Below are positions 13,144-25,836 of a stretch of 64,000 nt of DNA, in pieces (within the stretch, counting starts at the first letter, position 1; each line of letters starts with the position of its first letter). The stretch is taken from the NCBI RefSeq assembly GCF_006345805.1, contig NC_042999.1, forward strand, positions 84,010,001 to 84,074,000, written 5' to 3'. Origin of the DNA: Octopus sinensis. Taxonomy: Eukaryota. Under the pieces are notes generated by a model. The model did not search any database, was not told the origin of the DNA, and worked only from the letters and a program-made list of their open reading frames with translations. The position numbers and the translations under genes were made by a program.

Positions 13144-13514
13144 TATAAAATAAGGGCAAAAGAAAATTCTAATGCCAAATATGGCGAAAGAAAGACAAAA
13201 TTGTCAACAACCATTATAATTAAGGCGCCTCGAAACAAGCCGTTAGAAATTTCTGAAAAATCAGTTATTACCGTATTGGTCCCAATTTCAGAATTTTCTC
13301 CTCGTCAGCGATAAATACGTAAGACATAAATGAAATATTTACTCATACCCATGGAAAAAGCAAGCACTAAGTCCTTTTTTTCGGCATATTTGGCATTAGA
13401 ATTTTTCGTTTGGCCTTATTTTATAAGTTATTTATAAATTTAACCTTTAAAGTATTTTTGATATACTGGCCATTGATAAATATTTTTTCGAAAAAAAATT
13501 TTATCCTACATAGT
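13144..13514. mobile_element. Foldback pLTR/retrozyme-like element, same family as 59207-60132
   Basis: Inverted arms TATAAAATAAGGGCAAAAGAAAATTCTAATGCCAAATATG / CATATTTGGCATTAGAATTTTTCGTTTGGCCTTATTTTATA; extensive similarity to 59271-59530 and 59631-59755. Confidence 0.8.
13266..13317 (-). ncRNA. Type I hammerhead ribozyme motif, core intact
   Basis: Minus: TATTTATCG-CTGACGA-GGAG aaaa TTCT-GAAA-TTGG ga CCAA-TA-CGGTAATA. Confidence 0.7.
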
Positions 13515-13575
13515 TATATATATATATAATATATATATATATATATAATATATATATATATATAGATATATATAC

Positions 13576-13607
<32 letters not shown>

Positions 13608-13639
13608 TATATATATATTATATATATATATATATATAT

Positions 13640-13830
13640 AGTTAATCCAAACAAGAAAACACAGAAAAAAAGAGAAAAAAAACACAGCAACGCAGGACGT
13701 GGAACAATTAAAGTATTATTGACGCTCAGGAAAGAAGGGAAGGAGGGTAATCCGACGAAGAGCGGAGCTCTTCGTCGGAAACAAGGAGAAGGAAAGATCC
13801 CAAGGAGGGAAGACAGAGGAGAAAATATTT
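13640..13830 (-). mobile_element. pLTR-like non-coding repeat (family shared with 23830-24020 and 25430-25615)
   Basis: GTTAATCCAAACAAGAAA...GGACGTGGAACAA...TTGACGCTCAGGAAAGAAGG shared with the 23830 copy. Confidence 0.7.
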
Positions 13831-13910
13831 TAGCTGGTGGTGCTTAAGAGATCACATGTTGAAAGAATATATATATATATACATACATACATATAAGTAT
13901 ATATACATAT

Positions 13911-14302
13911 AAGTAATGCACGTAGGCATTTCAACATGGCTGTCCTTTCGAATGGAATTTACTGCGATTTTTTAACCCCAAGAGGACATCTTCTCTAGCT
14001 GGTTAACGATGCAGAGCTGCATCCAAGATATTGCGAGCAGGAAAGCGAAGCCCTACCACTTTGTAATGATCTATAGCAGACAAGGTGTCCAGTAATGAAG
14101 ATAGGAAGAAATAGCCTGAAACCCGACTGGTCTGCTTCTCCGTGGCTAGAAGGTAGTAGGGTTTCCGCTGCCCAACTAGCAATATCTCTGATGCAGCTGT
14201 GCATCGTTAACCAGCTAGAGGAGATGTCCTCTTAAGGTTAAAAATTCACAGTAAAGTCCGTTGGAACGGATAACCATGTTGAAGTGTCTACGAACATTAC
14301 TT
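13911..14302. mobile_element. MITE-like element with ~146-bp terminal inverted repeats
   Basis: AAGTAATGCACGTAGGCATTTCAACATGG...CTAGCTGGTTAACGATGCA vs TGCATCGTTAACCAGCTAG...CCATGTTGAAGTGTCTACGAACATTACTT; ~100-bp spacer. Confidence 0.8.
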
Positions 14303-14344
14303 GTTAGCACAACCATTGCGTTGATCTCCGAGAGAGATTTTGCT

Positions 14345-14375
<31 letters not shown>

Positions 14376-14387
14376 CTTTGCGTGTGC

Positions 14388-14418
<31 letters not shown>

Positions 14419-15242
14419 CGTGTTTGTGTGTGTGTGTGTGTGTTCGTGTGTAGATTAAGAAATATCGGTTGTATACGCATGTTTCAGCTCTGTCTTTGCC
14501 AGCAATTGAATATTCTCCCTAGCTATCTATGAAATCACCTCTCAGAAACCCATTGATATTTGTGAACACGAATAAAAAGAAAAGTTGTCCAGATACGGAA
14601 TGCATGTACAGATGTATTTTTTACTTTCGTCAGAACATTATTGGCTCAAAGTTCGAATTGAAACCCTGTAATCGCATCAATAATTTAATATCCCAATAAG
14701 CGACCAAGAATTATTATCATAGTAACAAATTGATCCATCCAATTTAATTTAGCTGTGATATATCTAGACGCACTGTTTTATATTCGTTGGAGCATGCGTT
14801 GTTGGCTAAAAATCCAAAAGACAAATTCTGCAGTAAATTATAGCAACACACCTAAATACGGTTAACATGCCAGTATTTTGATGAACACACACACACACAC
14901 AAACATACACAAGCACACAGGCGCACTCACACTTACGCACACACGCAGACACACACACACACATACATATATATATATAGCCACAGAGGGAGGGAGGGAG
15001 ACAGAGAGAAATAGAAAGACAGACAGACAGACAGATAGATAGATAGATAGATAGATAGATAAGGTTTGTGAATATGTATGGGTGTATCAGCCTGTATGTA
15101 TGTATATATACATACATATCTTCATATATATTACATATGTAGAGATATATAGATAGACAGACCAGACAGACATATAGACAGAGAAGACAGACAGACGGAC
15201 AGATATATAGATGAATATAGATAGATAGATAGATAGATATAT

Positions 15243-18140
15243 AAAACTTAAATAAAACTTAGATATGTTTCGACCAGAGATTGGTCCAGGCCATGTCTAA
15301 AAACTTAATAGCACCACCTGATAGGATTATATCGAATCCTGTTTAAGTTCAAGTTTTGTTCAAGTAGTGAGTTCTTGTGGGGGTGAGTTTGTATCCAGTT
15401 TTGTTCAAGTAGTGAGTTCTTGTTGGGTGAGTTGTATCCAGTTTTGTTCAAGTAGTGAGTTCTTGTTGGGTGAGTTGTATCCAGTTTGTTTCAGTAGTGA
15501 GTTCTTGTTGGGTGAGTTGTATCCAGTTTGTTCAAGTTAGTGAGTTCTTGTGTTGGGTGAGTTGTATCCAGTTTTGTTCAAGTAGTGAGTTCTTGTTGGG
15601 TGAGTTGTATCCAGTTTTGTTCAAGTAGTGAGGTTCTGATTTTTTTTGTTTAGTCTCTTGTTGGGTGAGTTGTATCCAGTTTTGTTCAAGTAGGAGTTCT
15701 TGTTGGGTGAGTTGTATCCAGTTTTGTTCAAGTAGTGAGTTATTGTTGGTTGAGTTGTATCCAAGTATGGGGGTGGTTATATGGTATTCTTTGAAGGAAT
15801 CTATCCAGACTGTTTGAAGTGATGGGATCCTTTTCCTTTGATCTCCCTCGGGACAATGTTAAATAGGGCAGGGCCTGTGAGGAAAAGAAATTATGTTGCA
15901 GTGTACATGTATGTTGTGATCTTGAATTTGGCAGGGGACGTATAGCCCGTGGTCCAAGTCTCGGATGAACTTGAAGCTAAGTTTAGGTCGTTTGGGCAAA
16001 GTTGGCGGTATATTTCCAATCGTACAAATGATGTACCGCTCACGGCGACGCTGGAGGGAGTAAAGTTTCAAGGCTTTAAGGCGATCCCAATAGTCGAGAG
16101 CAGCCATGTCTTCAATTTGTTTAGTGAGAGCCCTCTGGGGTGACTCAATTCTGGAGATGAGTTTGTCTTGTGTGAGGAGACCACAGTGGGCAGCAGTATT
16201 CAAGGTGTGGCCGTACAAGGATGAAAAAAGTGGTATGAGACACCTTGTTCTCTGACCGGAAAGTCCTTAAGATCCGGGAAACTCATCCTACGAGCTGTAT
16301 CGACCTTCTTGTTGATGTGTGCACTCCAACTGAGATCGTCATCAACAATTACACCCAGGTCTCTGATATTGTTAGAGGCTGTGAGCGGTTCCCCTGAAGG
16401 AAAAGAGTATGGTTGTTTTAGTGAGGAATTTCTTCCAAAATGCATCAGCTCAAAATTTCCCTCTTCAGTTGCATTTTGTTTCTGTCTGCCCATTGACTCA
16501 CAGCATATAGGTCAGACTGGAGTTGAGTTCGGTCTGCTTCTTCATTGACGATTTGCTGGAGCTTAGTGTCATCAGCGAATATTTTCACTTTGCAGTGATG
16601 TACGACACTGGAAAGGTCGTTTACATAAATTATGAAGTAGCGGACCCCAAACAGTTCCCTGGGGAACACTGCTGGTGACTTTTGCTGGGTTTGAGTGGAC
16701 TCCATCAACTACAACATGTTGTGTTCTATTCGCTAGGAAATACTGAATCCAGTGTAGAACTTTTCCACGGATTCCAACATTTGCAAATTTTGAGAGTAGG
16801 ATGTTATGGTCTACCCTGTCGAACGCTTACTGAAGTCAAGGTATATGACGTCAGAGTTCGAACCTGTTCCCAAGGCTTTGAGTACATCTTCAATGTGGTG
16901 TAAGAGCTGTGTTAGACAGTCCCTGCCACAGCGAAAGCCATGCTGATTTGAATTTAGGAGTTGTGGGTCTCCAGGAAGTCAGCTATCCTTGATCTTAACA
17001 CTCTTTCAAACACTTTAATGATGTGGGAGGTGAGTGAGATTGGGCGATAGTTGACTGCGAGGGATCTGTTTCCTGTTTGAAAACCGGGATGACCGACTGG
17101 GATAGAAACTTTTTCGGTATATAACCTGCGTCTAACGAGTTTTCCAGAGGTTGGTCAGAGGGACTGCAAGTTGATATCTACATTCCTTCAGGAGACTGGC
17201 GGGAAATCTATCAGGGCCTACAGCAGATTAATGTTTGACCTCATTTATTGCTGCTACGATGTCGGTGGCAGTGAAAGTTATGTCTGCGATTTTGTGTTGG
17301 GAGTCAGCTTCGTTCGTTTCCCTCACATCAATATCAGTGGGAACACTGAAGACAGAGCAATATTGTTTCTGCAGTATTTCTGCCATTTCCTTAGCATCGT
17401 GTTGGGGAATGCCGTTTTCATCAATCAATGGCCCAATAGGTGAGACAGTAGTTCTATGCTTATTTGCATAAGAATAGAACACTTTTGGGTTCTGTTTGAT
17501 GTTTTTGATTACCCATTGTTCCTCCACAGCTCTTTGATTTTCAATGGAGGTTTTCATGTTAGTCTGCAGATGAAGTTTTTCCAGCTCTAGTCTTTTCATT
17601 GTTGTTGAATGTGGATGTTGCGTGTGGGAATGAAGATTTTAATTGGTTGATTTTTTTGTTGAGTCTTTTGCTGCGCCTGATGAGTGTTTTTTCTTTTTAG
17701 GGAGCCGGTTTCTGTTTGTGTTAGTAGATTTCTTGGGAGCGTGTTTAGAGCATGTGTCGGTGACAATGGTTTCAAAGTGCTGCCACGCGGTCTCAATATG
17801 AGGGGAATTGAGAGTAAAAGACCAGTCGATGGAAGACAGATCCTTTCTGATTGTTCCCCAGTCCGCTTTGTGGAAATTTCTGTTGTCAAATGGGTGCCAT
17901 GGAGTGGGATTGGCTGGTTTGGTTTTTATACGTCGGGAATTAAAATTGCAGAGTACCATGTCGTGGTCTGAGAGGAGAGTTTTTTCGACTGAAATGCTGT
18001 GAACGTAGCTAGAGTGATTGGTCGGTACCAGATCCAAGATCGTTTTATTCTGTCTCGTTGGTTCAAGCACTAGCTGAGTCAGGAAATACTCATCCATCAG
18101 ATTAAAGAGCAGTTCTGCTGCTGCCCTATCTGATGTAGAG
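15243..18140 (-). mobile_element. 5'-truncated CR1-type LINE (ORF2: APE C-terminus, linker, RT, C-terminus, 3' UTR), frameshifted
   Basis: Minus-strand pieces: LEPTR...ILDLV...LLSDHDMV (APE end), RPISLTSHIIKVFERV, YLDFSK, IIYVNDL...KIFADDTKLQ, YWDRLKALKLYSLQRRRERY. Confidence 0.92.
15353..15763. repeat. Tandem array of ~9 copies of a 43-bp unit within the LINE 3' end
   Basis: Unit GTTTTGTTCAAGTAGTGAGTTCTTGTTGGGTGAGTTGTATCCA; no spacers; one unit interrupted near 15630-15655. Confidence 0.95.
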
Positions 18141-18207
18141 CACTTGCCTACTTCGAGTATTTGTGGGCCAGTTCACATGAGGGATATATATATAGATATC
18201 TATATAA

Positions 18208-18243
<36 letters not shown>

Positions 18244-18282
18244 TATATATATATATATAATATAGATAGATAGATAGATAGC

Positions 18283-18331
<49 letters not shown>

Positions 18332-20290
18332 CGGTGTCTAACACACAATGGTGTAACTTAGCGACTACTTTTTCAGTACACAAAATATATTTAATATAGT
18401 TATATATTGTATTACATGGCTCAATGTAATTATACCTAGGCACATTTTCTCACGTCTTACATGTTGATACACCTTTATTCTTAATGATTTCTTATAAATG
18501 AAAACACAGTCACACACATATGTATATAAAAGTTCGTGGAAAGTGGAATATCCAATGTTTCGGACGTTTTTTTTTTATACAGATTAAGATGGCAGGGAGG
18601 GACAGGAGGAAAGGCAGCAGACGTTAATATCATCGATGTTTGAGTAACTGGTTGCAACTGATGGAGAACGCAAGAGAGTGCGGATTTGCATACATAGACA
18701 GGAAGCATTAAAAGAGAGAAGCTAGGTGAGAGGAGGCGAAGAATAGAGGAAAAGAAGCGGGCAAGTATAAGGTGGAAGTTTAAAAACTTGAGCAGAGGAG
18801 GGAGCTGAATATTAAGATTGGGATCACTGAACTGACAGTGGCCGAAATTGTAGAATGAAAGATCTTAATCCAAACCAGTCATTGCAACGTTTCTATGTTA
18901 TAATATGAACTATTAGTTCTTCCATTTCCTTGTGTGCTGGTTCACGATTTGCTAAGTTCCGTATGCTGATGAAGACACAATGGAATAGCCCGCTGTGTTG
19001 AAACGAGTGGGATAGGTTAACCTGCCATATGTCGTAACGCGCTTCAAATATGCTCATGAAAATGCTCGCCGTGTTTTTTCTCCTGATGAAAATGAAGAGT
19101 GCACACGGAATTTTATGTAGATATTTCGCCTAGAAATATGAATTCATTTGTAGGTAAAATGAAAATTATATAGAGAAAATCGTTACAGCAAAACCCCACT
19201 TTACTCTATCGTTATCATGCTGCAAGTAATACATATACATAAATAAATGCACGCATACGTACATGCATACGTACATACAAAAATACATACCTACACACCT
19301 AAATACATACATACATATATACATACAAACATACATAGAAACATACGTTCATACATACATACGCACACAAATATAGCGAAAGAGAGAGAGAGAGGGGGGA
19401 GAGAGAGAAAGAGAGAGAGAGAGAGAGGAAGCTTTTTATCATTTCGTTTAGGCATATTGATATATTATATTTTCGCCATGTAATTGAATTTTTCCATTCC
19501 ACTGGTTATATCCACGATATATTTATTCTTACTTCTGATCGTACACACACAAACATATACAGACACACAAATACACGCGCGCACGCGCACGCACAGACAT
19601 ACGCGTATATAATATTAATAACAGGAATAAATATATCAGAATGTAATGAGAAAATTTCTACGGGTAGAGTTTAAGAAAGGGCTAAATTCAACGGAAAAAA
19701 AATTAACTTCAGCGTTAAGATATAATATATCCATATGCTCGAACGAAATGATACGTAAAATAGATGTATAGGCAGTCTTATACATCTACAGATGTGTTTT
19801 TTTTAATGCATAATATATCCTGACGGTGTGGGAGCTCAACCTGATAAAATGTATTGGATCTATTTCAATGTCGCCATATTCGTTAAGGAATGCTATACGG
19901 ATCAAGTCAACTAGAAATGCTACCTGTTCAATCTTTGCATTGATTGTGGTACATTTCAAAACCATTATTACGAAATTAGTCTCTGAACAATTGAAAGAAT
20001 AAGGGCTGGAATAGGAACTTATTTCTAGAAGGCAATTTAACTGTTCGGAAAATAGTAGCAGTGTAGATCTTCTTACTATGCTTTATCAAATATAAAACAA
20101 GTACCTGGGTATAGATCAGGAATAAAAAGTAGTGGTGAAAGAATGGGTTTGAGATCACCAGAGGTTAAACAAAAGGAAAATAATGAGTAAAACAAGTAGA
20201 TACCGGAACGAGACCATCGTCTGTTATGTTAAATAATTCTTTATCCAAGAGCTTGACATTGCATCTATATTAATGCTATCGATATGGAGG

Positions 20291-20391
<101 letters not shown>

Positions 20392-21161
20392 GATGGATGG
20401 ATGGATGGATGGATAGATAGATGTATACATGCAGTTACAATTAACTATTGAATCGCTGTGTGCTTTCGATTGTACGTGTATCTTAGTTTAGTTGAACACA
20501 GACTATGATAAGTTCTTGATGCTCCTTCAACTGTATAGCTTCGAGTAAGTAGTTAAGAGCCTTAACTTGTATTCTCTGATTAGACAATATAATAAAATTA
20601 TTTGAAAGTATTTATCATTACTTTTCTAAGACTATTATAATTTCTTGTCTGGGTATCATGTGATTGTTATATTCATTAGTTGTTTTCCTTCTATATATTT
20701 GTTTCTCTCTCTCCCTTAATGTTGTGTGTGTGTTTGTGTATGTTTGGGTGTGTGTTTGTGTTTGGGTATTTGTGTGTGGATGTGTGTTTTTCTGTGTTGG
20801 CAACTAGAAATATAAACAATGGCAATATATTGTGTAGCCTCTATGGATAACTGTATTCATTTCATCTCGACTGACGAGGTGAATAATAGTCGAAACCTCT
20901 AAACGTTCATAATGTTACTTGTAAATCTTCCATATTTTCTTCATAATGATAGATTTCAGGTATTTCTTTTCTGCTTTCCTTTAGCTCAGAGATTTAAAAT
21001 TATAACTGTCGAGTGGTTCTCCTCAAACATTCATTAGTTATCTGACTGGCATTATTTAAGCTTGCATTGCTTATGTTAATGTACAACAATCGACTCTCAT
21101 TCACTCGTTTATAATTATACATACATACTCATGCATACGTATATGTGCGTATATGTGTTTG

Positions 21162-21222
<61 letters not shown>

Positions 21223-21265
21223 ACATCTATATAAATCTATCTATCTACTATCTATCAATCCATCA

Positions 21266-21391
<126 letters not shown>

Positions 21392-21507
21392 AGCGTTATA
21401 CAAACACATATGTTTGTTTTCTACACCACCTGTTTTCGTCTTTCGTTTTTTTTTGTGAATTCTCCCTATATATATATATTGATAGACAGACAGACAGACA
21501 GACAGAC

Positions 21508-21584
<77 letters not shown>

Positions 21585-22056
21585 TGTATGTATACATTCT
21601 TGTGTGTGTACATATATATATGTGTGTGCGTGTGTGTACGCACATATGCATACACAATCGCACATATGTACTTGTATGTATATGCACGTACGTGCGTATA
21701 GTATATTAATATAAAATAGTCTGTTTGAGACACTACAAATAGCTCATGATAGCACATAATATTTAAGTAATTCATCTGAAGAATGCTTCAATCTTCAGGG
21801 AAAATTATGTAAATATCACGTATTACCACGAAAAGATTCATAGTGTATCCTTCAGAGTGTATCATATTGCATACTAGCATTTGCGTATACACATACACAC
21901 ACACACACACTGAGTACGCACACACATACAGATGGATGTCTACAAATAAATATATACATGCATATACATATACATATATATATATACTGCTGCATACACA
22001 TATATATATACACTTACACATATGTGTATGTGTATATATATATATATATATATCTT

Positions 22057-22144
<88 letters not shown>

Positions 22145-22750
22145 TGTGTGTGGGTTGCAGAGCGGTGGATACATAATTATACAGGTGGATAACTTGATAG
22201 ATGATAGATGAAGAAGAGTGATTTCTAAAACTATATTCCGTTCTTTTGGTGTAACCTTCAGCTATTTAACATGTTAAGCAATCTTTTTCTTTTATCTACT
22301 CAGTAAACAAAGGCGAACGGAAACAAAACGTGAAATGTAACCAAAATTTAAGCAAAAAAAAAACCAAAACAATGACGTATAAAATAATAACAACAATGAA
22401 AGCAGTAAGAAGAAAACAACAATAGGATTGCGTAACCACAAACAAAATTGGAGACAGTGTTTTCGTCATCGGTTTTTCCGCTTTTTCTTTCCTCATTATG
22501 CTGCAAAGGACAAGTTAATAAATTACTCTGAAGGAAATAGCTACCGAAGTAATGAATGGAGAAAAGAATAGAAAATCCGTAGTAGTAGTAGTAGTAGTAG
22601 TAGTAGTATAGTAGTAGTAGTAAAAAAGAACAATGACAGGAATGAAATGACAGGAAGAAGAAAACAAGGAGGAGGAGGAGGGAAGGGAGCCAGATGCGGA
22701 TGGTGAGGAACAGAATAATAAGAATAACACAAGAGAGAGAGAGAGAGAGA

Positions 22751-22787
<37 letters not shown>

Positions 22788-23082
22788 GAGAATAAACATT
22801 AGAGAAAATGTATAAGAATGAAAAATAATATAAATATAAGCGAAAGAAGGAAAAGATAAAAATAAAGCTGGAACTGTGAGCTCAAATATATAAAACTACA
22901 AATTCAAACAGGAAAATCGAAATGAACAAAAAACAATATAAAAAAAAAAAAGAATGTTCGAAGTATAGTTAAGTATGTTTCGTGCGATTTCGGGTTTCTG
23001 TGACTGCAAATGACGCAAAAGCTAAGCATCGATTTCGAAACGTTATTGTCTAAAAGAAATCGTTTATTATTTCTGCTGCTAT

Positions 23083-23111
23083 GATTATTATTATTATTAT
23101 TATTATTATTA

Positions 23112-23175
<64 letters not shown>

Positions 23176-23203
23176 CATCATCATCATCATCATCATCATC
23201 ATC

Positions 23204-23292
<89 letters not shown>

Positions 23293-23330
23293 CATTATTA
23301 TTATTTTTATTATTACTATTATTATTTCTT
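23083..23330. repeat. Long (ATT)n/(ATC)n microsatellite
   Basis: About 250 bp of ATT triplets with an embedded ATC block. Confidence 0.98.
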
Positions 23331-23736
23331 GTACTGTGTTATTGTTCGTCCCGATCATACAGTATGCATTGATGTGCAACTTTTTATTTGTTTAGTTTTG
23401 TGTTATGTCACTTGATTTTCTTTCTTTCACACAGATTCAAACTTGTATGTTAAGTAAGGAAAGATTATAATTACAAACGTTAAGTCGGATTTACCAGTAT
23501 ACTTCAAAAGCATCAATACACAACAATAATGAAATAGATTGCTAACATTGTCACACTCAAGGTCACCTGTTTTTCAGGTAACGTTAGAATCGGTTGAATC
23601 GACTCCAGTATCTAATGCAGTGTTTCTCGACCTATCATGCATAACCATTTAAAATAAATTTTATGTCTCAAGGAAACCTGGCAAAAAATTATATACTATA
23701 TCTTACTCATATATTTTTCACGTGGTAAATATCAAA

Positions 23737-23786
<50 letters not shown>

Positions 23787-23792
23787 ATATAT

Positions 23793-23828
<36 letters not shown>

Positions 23829-23829
23829 G

Positions 23830-24020
23830 AAAGTTAATCCAAACAAGAAAGCACAAAAAACACAATATCGCGAGGACGTGGAACAAATATAGTATTATTT
23901 GACGCTCAGGAAAGAAGGAGGGTTTAACGTTTCGAGCGGAGCTCTTCGTCGGAATCATAGGAGAAGGAAAGATTCCGAGAAGGGAAGACAGAGGAAAAAA
24001 ATCGCCAACGGTACACACGA
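23830..24020 (-). mobile_element. pLTR-like repeat carrying a minimal hammerhead-like motif (23922-23956)
   Basis: Minus: GATT-CCGACGA-A-GAGC tcc GCTC-GAAA-CG-TT-AAAC; stem III is the zero-loop palindrome AACGTT; core U4>C. Confidence 0.6.
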
Positions 24021-24029
24021 GGTCAAACC

Positions 24030-24537
24030 ACTATTATGCAATTCAAACAAGGATAGACATAAACCATATCATATAGAAAAAATTAAATATATTATAAAAC
24101 ATATATATACATCACAGATTCTTTTATTAGAAGAATCATGTCTTTATTATTTGAAGAATTATTGTTTATTAAAAATATGTATTTATTTAACTATTATTGT
24201 TATTATTGTTGACCTGAGGAGTGACTATACTTTTAAATTGAATTGTTTGGGAATACATTTAAATTTAATTGTAATTCTAATTGAAGTTATAGCCACGAAA
24301 CGTACGTAGTATTTTTACTTTATACTTTTTATTCATTGTTTTGTACGTTTTGTGATCTGGATATATGTTTTATAATATATTTTAATTTTTCTATATGATA
24401 TGCTTTATGTCTATCATTGTTTGAATTATATAATAGTGTTTTTTCTCTAATTTATATATATTATATATTTATATTGTGAAATTTGATTTAATACTAAATT
24501 GAAATTTTCACTGTAAGTTTGGAGTTATACTTCCTAA

Positions 24538-24540
<3 letters not shown>
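24030..24540 (+). mobile_element. Foldback pLTR-like element (family shared with 47427-48010)
   Basis: Arms 24030-24095 / 24360-24428. Tail TATATTGTGAAATTTGATT...CTAAATTGA...TGTAAGTTTGGA is shared with 47930-48000. Confidence 0.7.
24211..24311 (+). ncRNA. Type I hammerhead ribozyme motif (GUA), short stem I
   Basis: GAC-CTGAGGA-GTGACTATA...TATAGCCAC-GAAA-CGTACG-TA-GTA; stem III is the palindrome ACGTACGT. Confidence 0.65.
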
Positions 24541-24592
<52 letters not shown>

Positions 24593-24599
24593 GTTATTA

Positions 24600-24633
<34 letters not shown>

Positions 24634-25358
24634 CACGCACACACATACACACACAAACGTTGCACACATACACAGACCCATACACACACACACACTCCAC
24701 ACTGAACTCTAAAACCACTGAACCATGACAGACTAGCACAGAAACCAAAAATCCTTTTGATTCCACGATCTATGTGAATGCATTTCCCCACCAACCATCC
24801 TGGCCAAACACCCATACAAGACTGGAGATGAAGGAAAAAGTTTGGTCATTCCCCTAAAATTCTGTATAAATACTTAAATATGATTTCTGATGATGTTGTG
24901 ACTAAGCAATACACGCTTTCTTCTATCAAATACTGTCTACAAATTCTCTCTGTATATATAATTCTATAGAATCATGATTTTTGATGAACTTATAAATAAT
25001 TATTAATTTATTTGACTACCTATTTTGAACATTTTTAAGTAAAGTCTTTAAACAAAATGCCCCTCTTAATATTTGTTTTTATCATTGTCAAAGATTCTAT
25101 TTTTAACATTTTCTTATCATTGTTAAAGACTATATCACTGTATTTTCATACATCTATGATAACTATTTTTTAACACAACAATACGAATATGTTAAAGCAG
25201 TTGGTTTGTCCTTTGCGTTTGAAGTCTATACAGTCATCTGACGGAAACGGTTTCTTTGCAATGATGAAATGTCTTCATTAGTCAATTAAAATAGTCGCTT
25301 GAAACGGCCGTTATGAATTGACACCTTTGTATCTTTGTTACTGATTTACACACACACT

Positions 25359-25399
<41 letters not shown>

Positions 25400-25618
25400 T
25401 GTGTGTGGTGTGTGTGTGTGTGTGCGTGGTTCAAATTTATCAAAAAGCAAAGACGATGACAGGTGTAGGACCAAGAAGCAAGTGCTAGTTTGACGCTCGG
25501 AAAAATGGAAAAGTCTTTCACGTTTCGAGCCTACGCTCTTTGACAGAGAGGAATAAGAGAAAATAAATAGAGTGAGAATGAAAACAAAAAAAACGTGTTG
25601 AGTTCAGTGGTCCAACAT

Positions 25619-25836
25619 TAAGGCGGCGAGCTGGCAGAAACGTTAGCACGCCGGGCGAAATACTAAGCGGTATTTCGTCTGCCTTTACGTTCTAAGTTCA
25701 AATTCCGCCGAGGTCGACTTTATCTTTCATCCTTTTGGAGTCGATAAATTAAGTACCAGTTGCATACTGGAGTCGATCTAGTCGAGTGACCTTCTCCCCA
25801 AAGGTTTTGGGCCTTGTGCGACGTGTAGAAAAGATT
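25619..25836 (+). mobile_element. Near full-length SINE, same family as 639-877
   Basis: TAAGGCGGCGAGCTGGCAGAAACGTTAGCACGCCGGGCG...GTTCAAATTCCGCCGAGGTCGACTTT..TCATCCTTTTGGAGTCGATAAATTAAGTACCAG. Confidence 0.85.

Noticed and set aside
15353-15763. CRISPR-like regular repeat
   Set aside because: Units are contiguous with no unique spacers, there are no cas genes, and the array lies inside a eukaryotic LINE.
18583-18725. Apparent + strand exon (polyT-ACAG ... TAG|GTGAGA)
   Set aside because: All three frames contain stops and I recognise no protein; a non-coding exon cannot be supported from sequence alone.
18960-19015. CTGATGA...GAAACG hammerhead-like match
   Set aside because: Stem II is plausible but there is no UH triplet or stem I. 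The matches at 8455-8490 and 20875-20905 are similarly incomplete.
19960-20090. Possible LINE RT fragment (LISRRQF...VDLL)
   Set aside because: Too short and degenerate to call; the same applies to 37950-38240.
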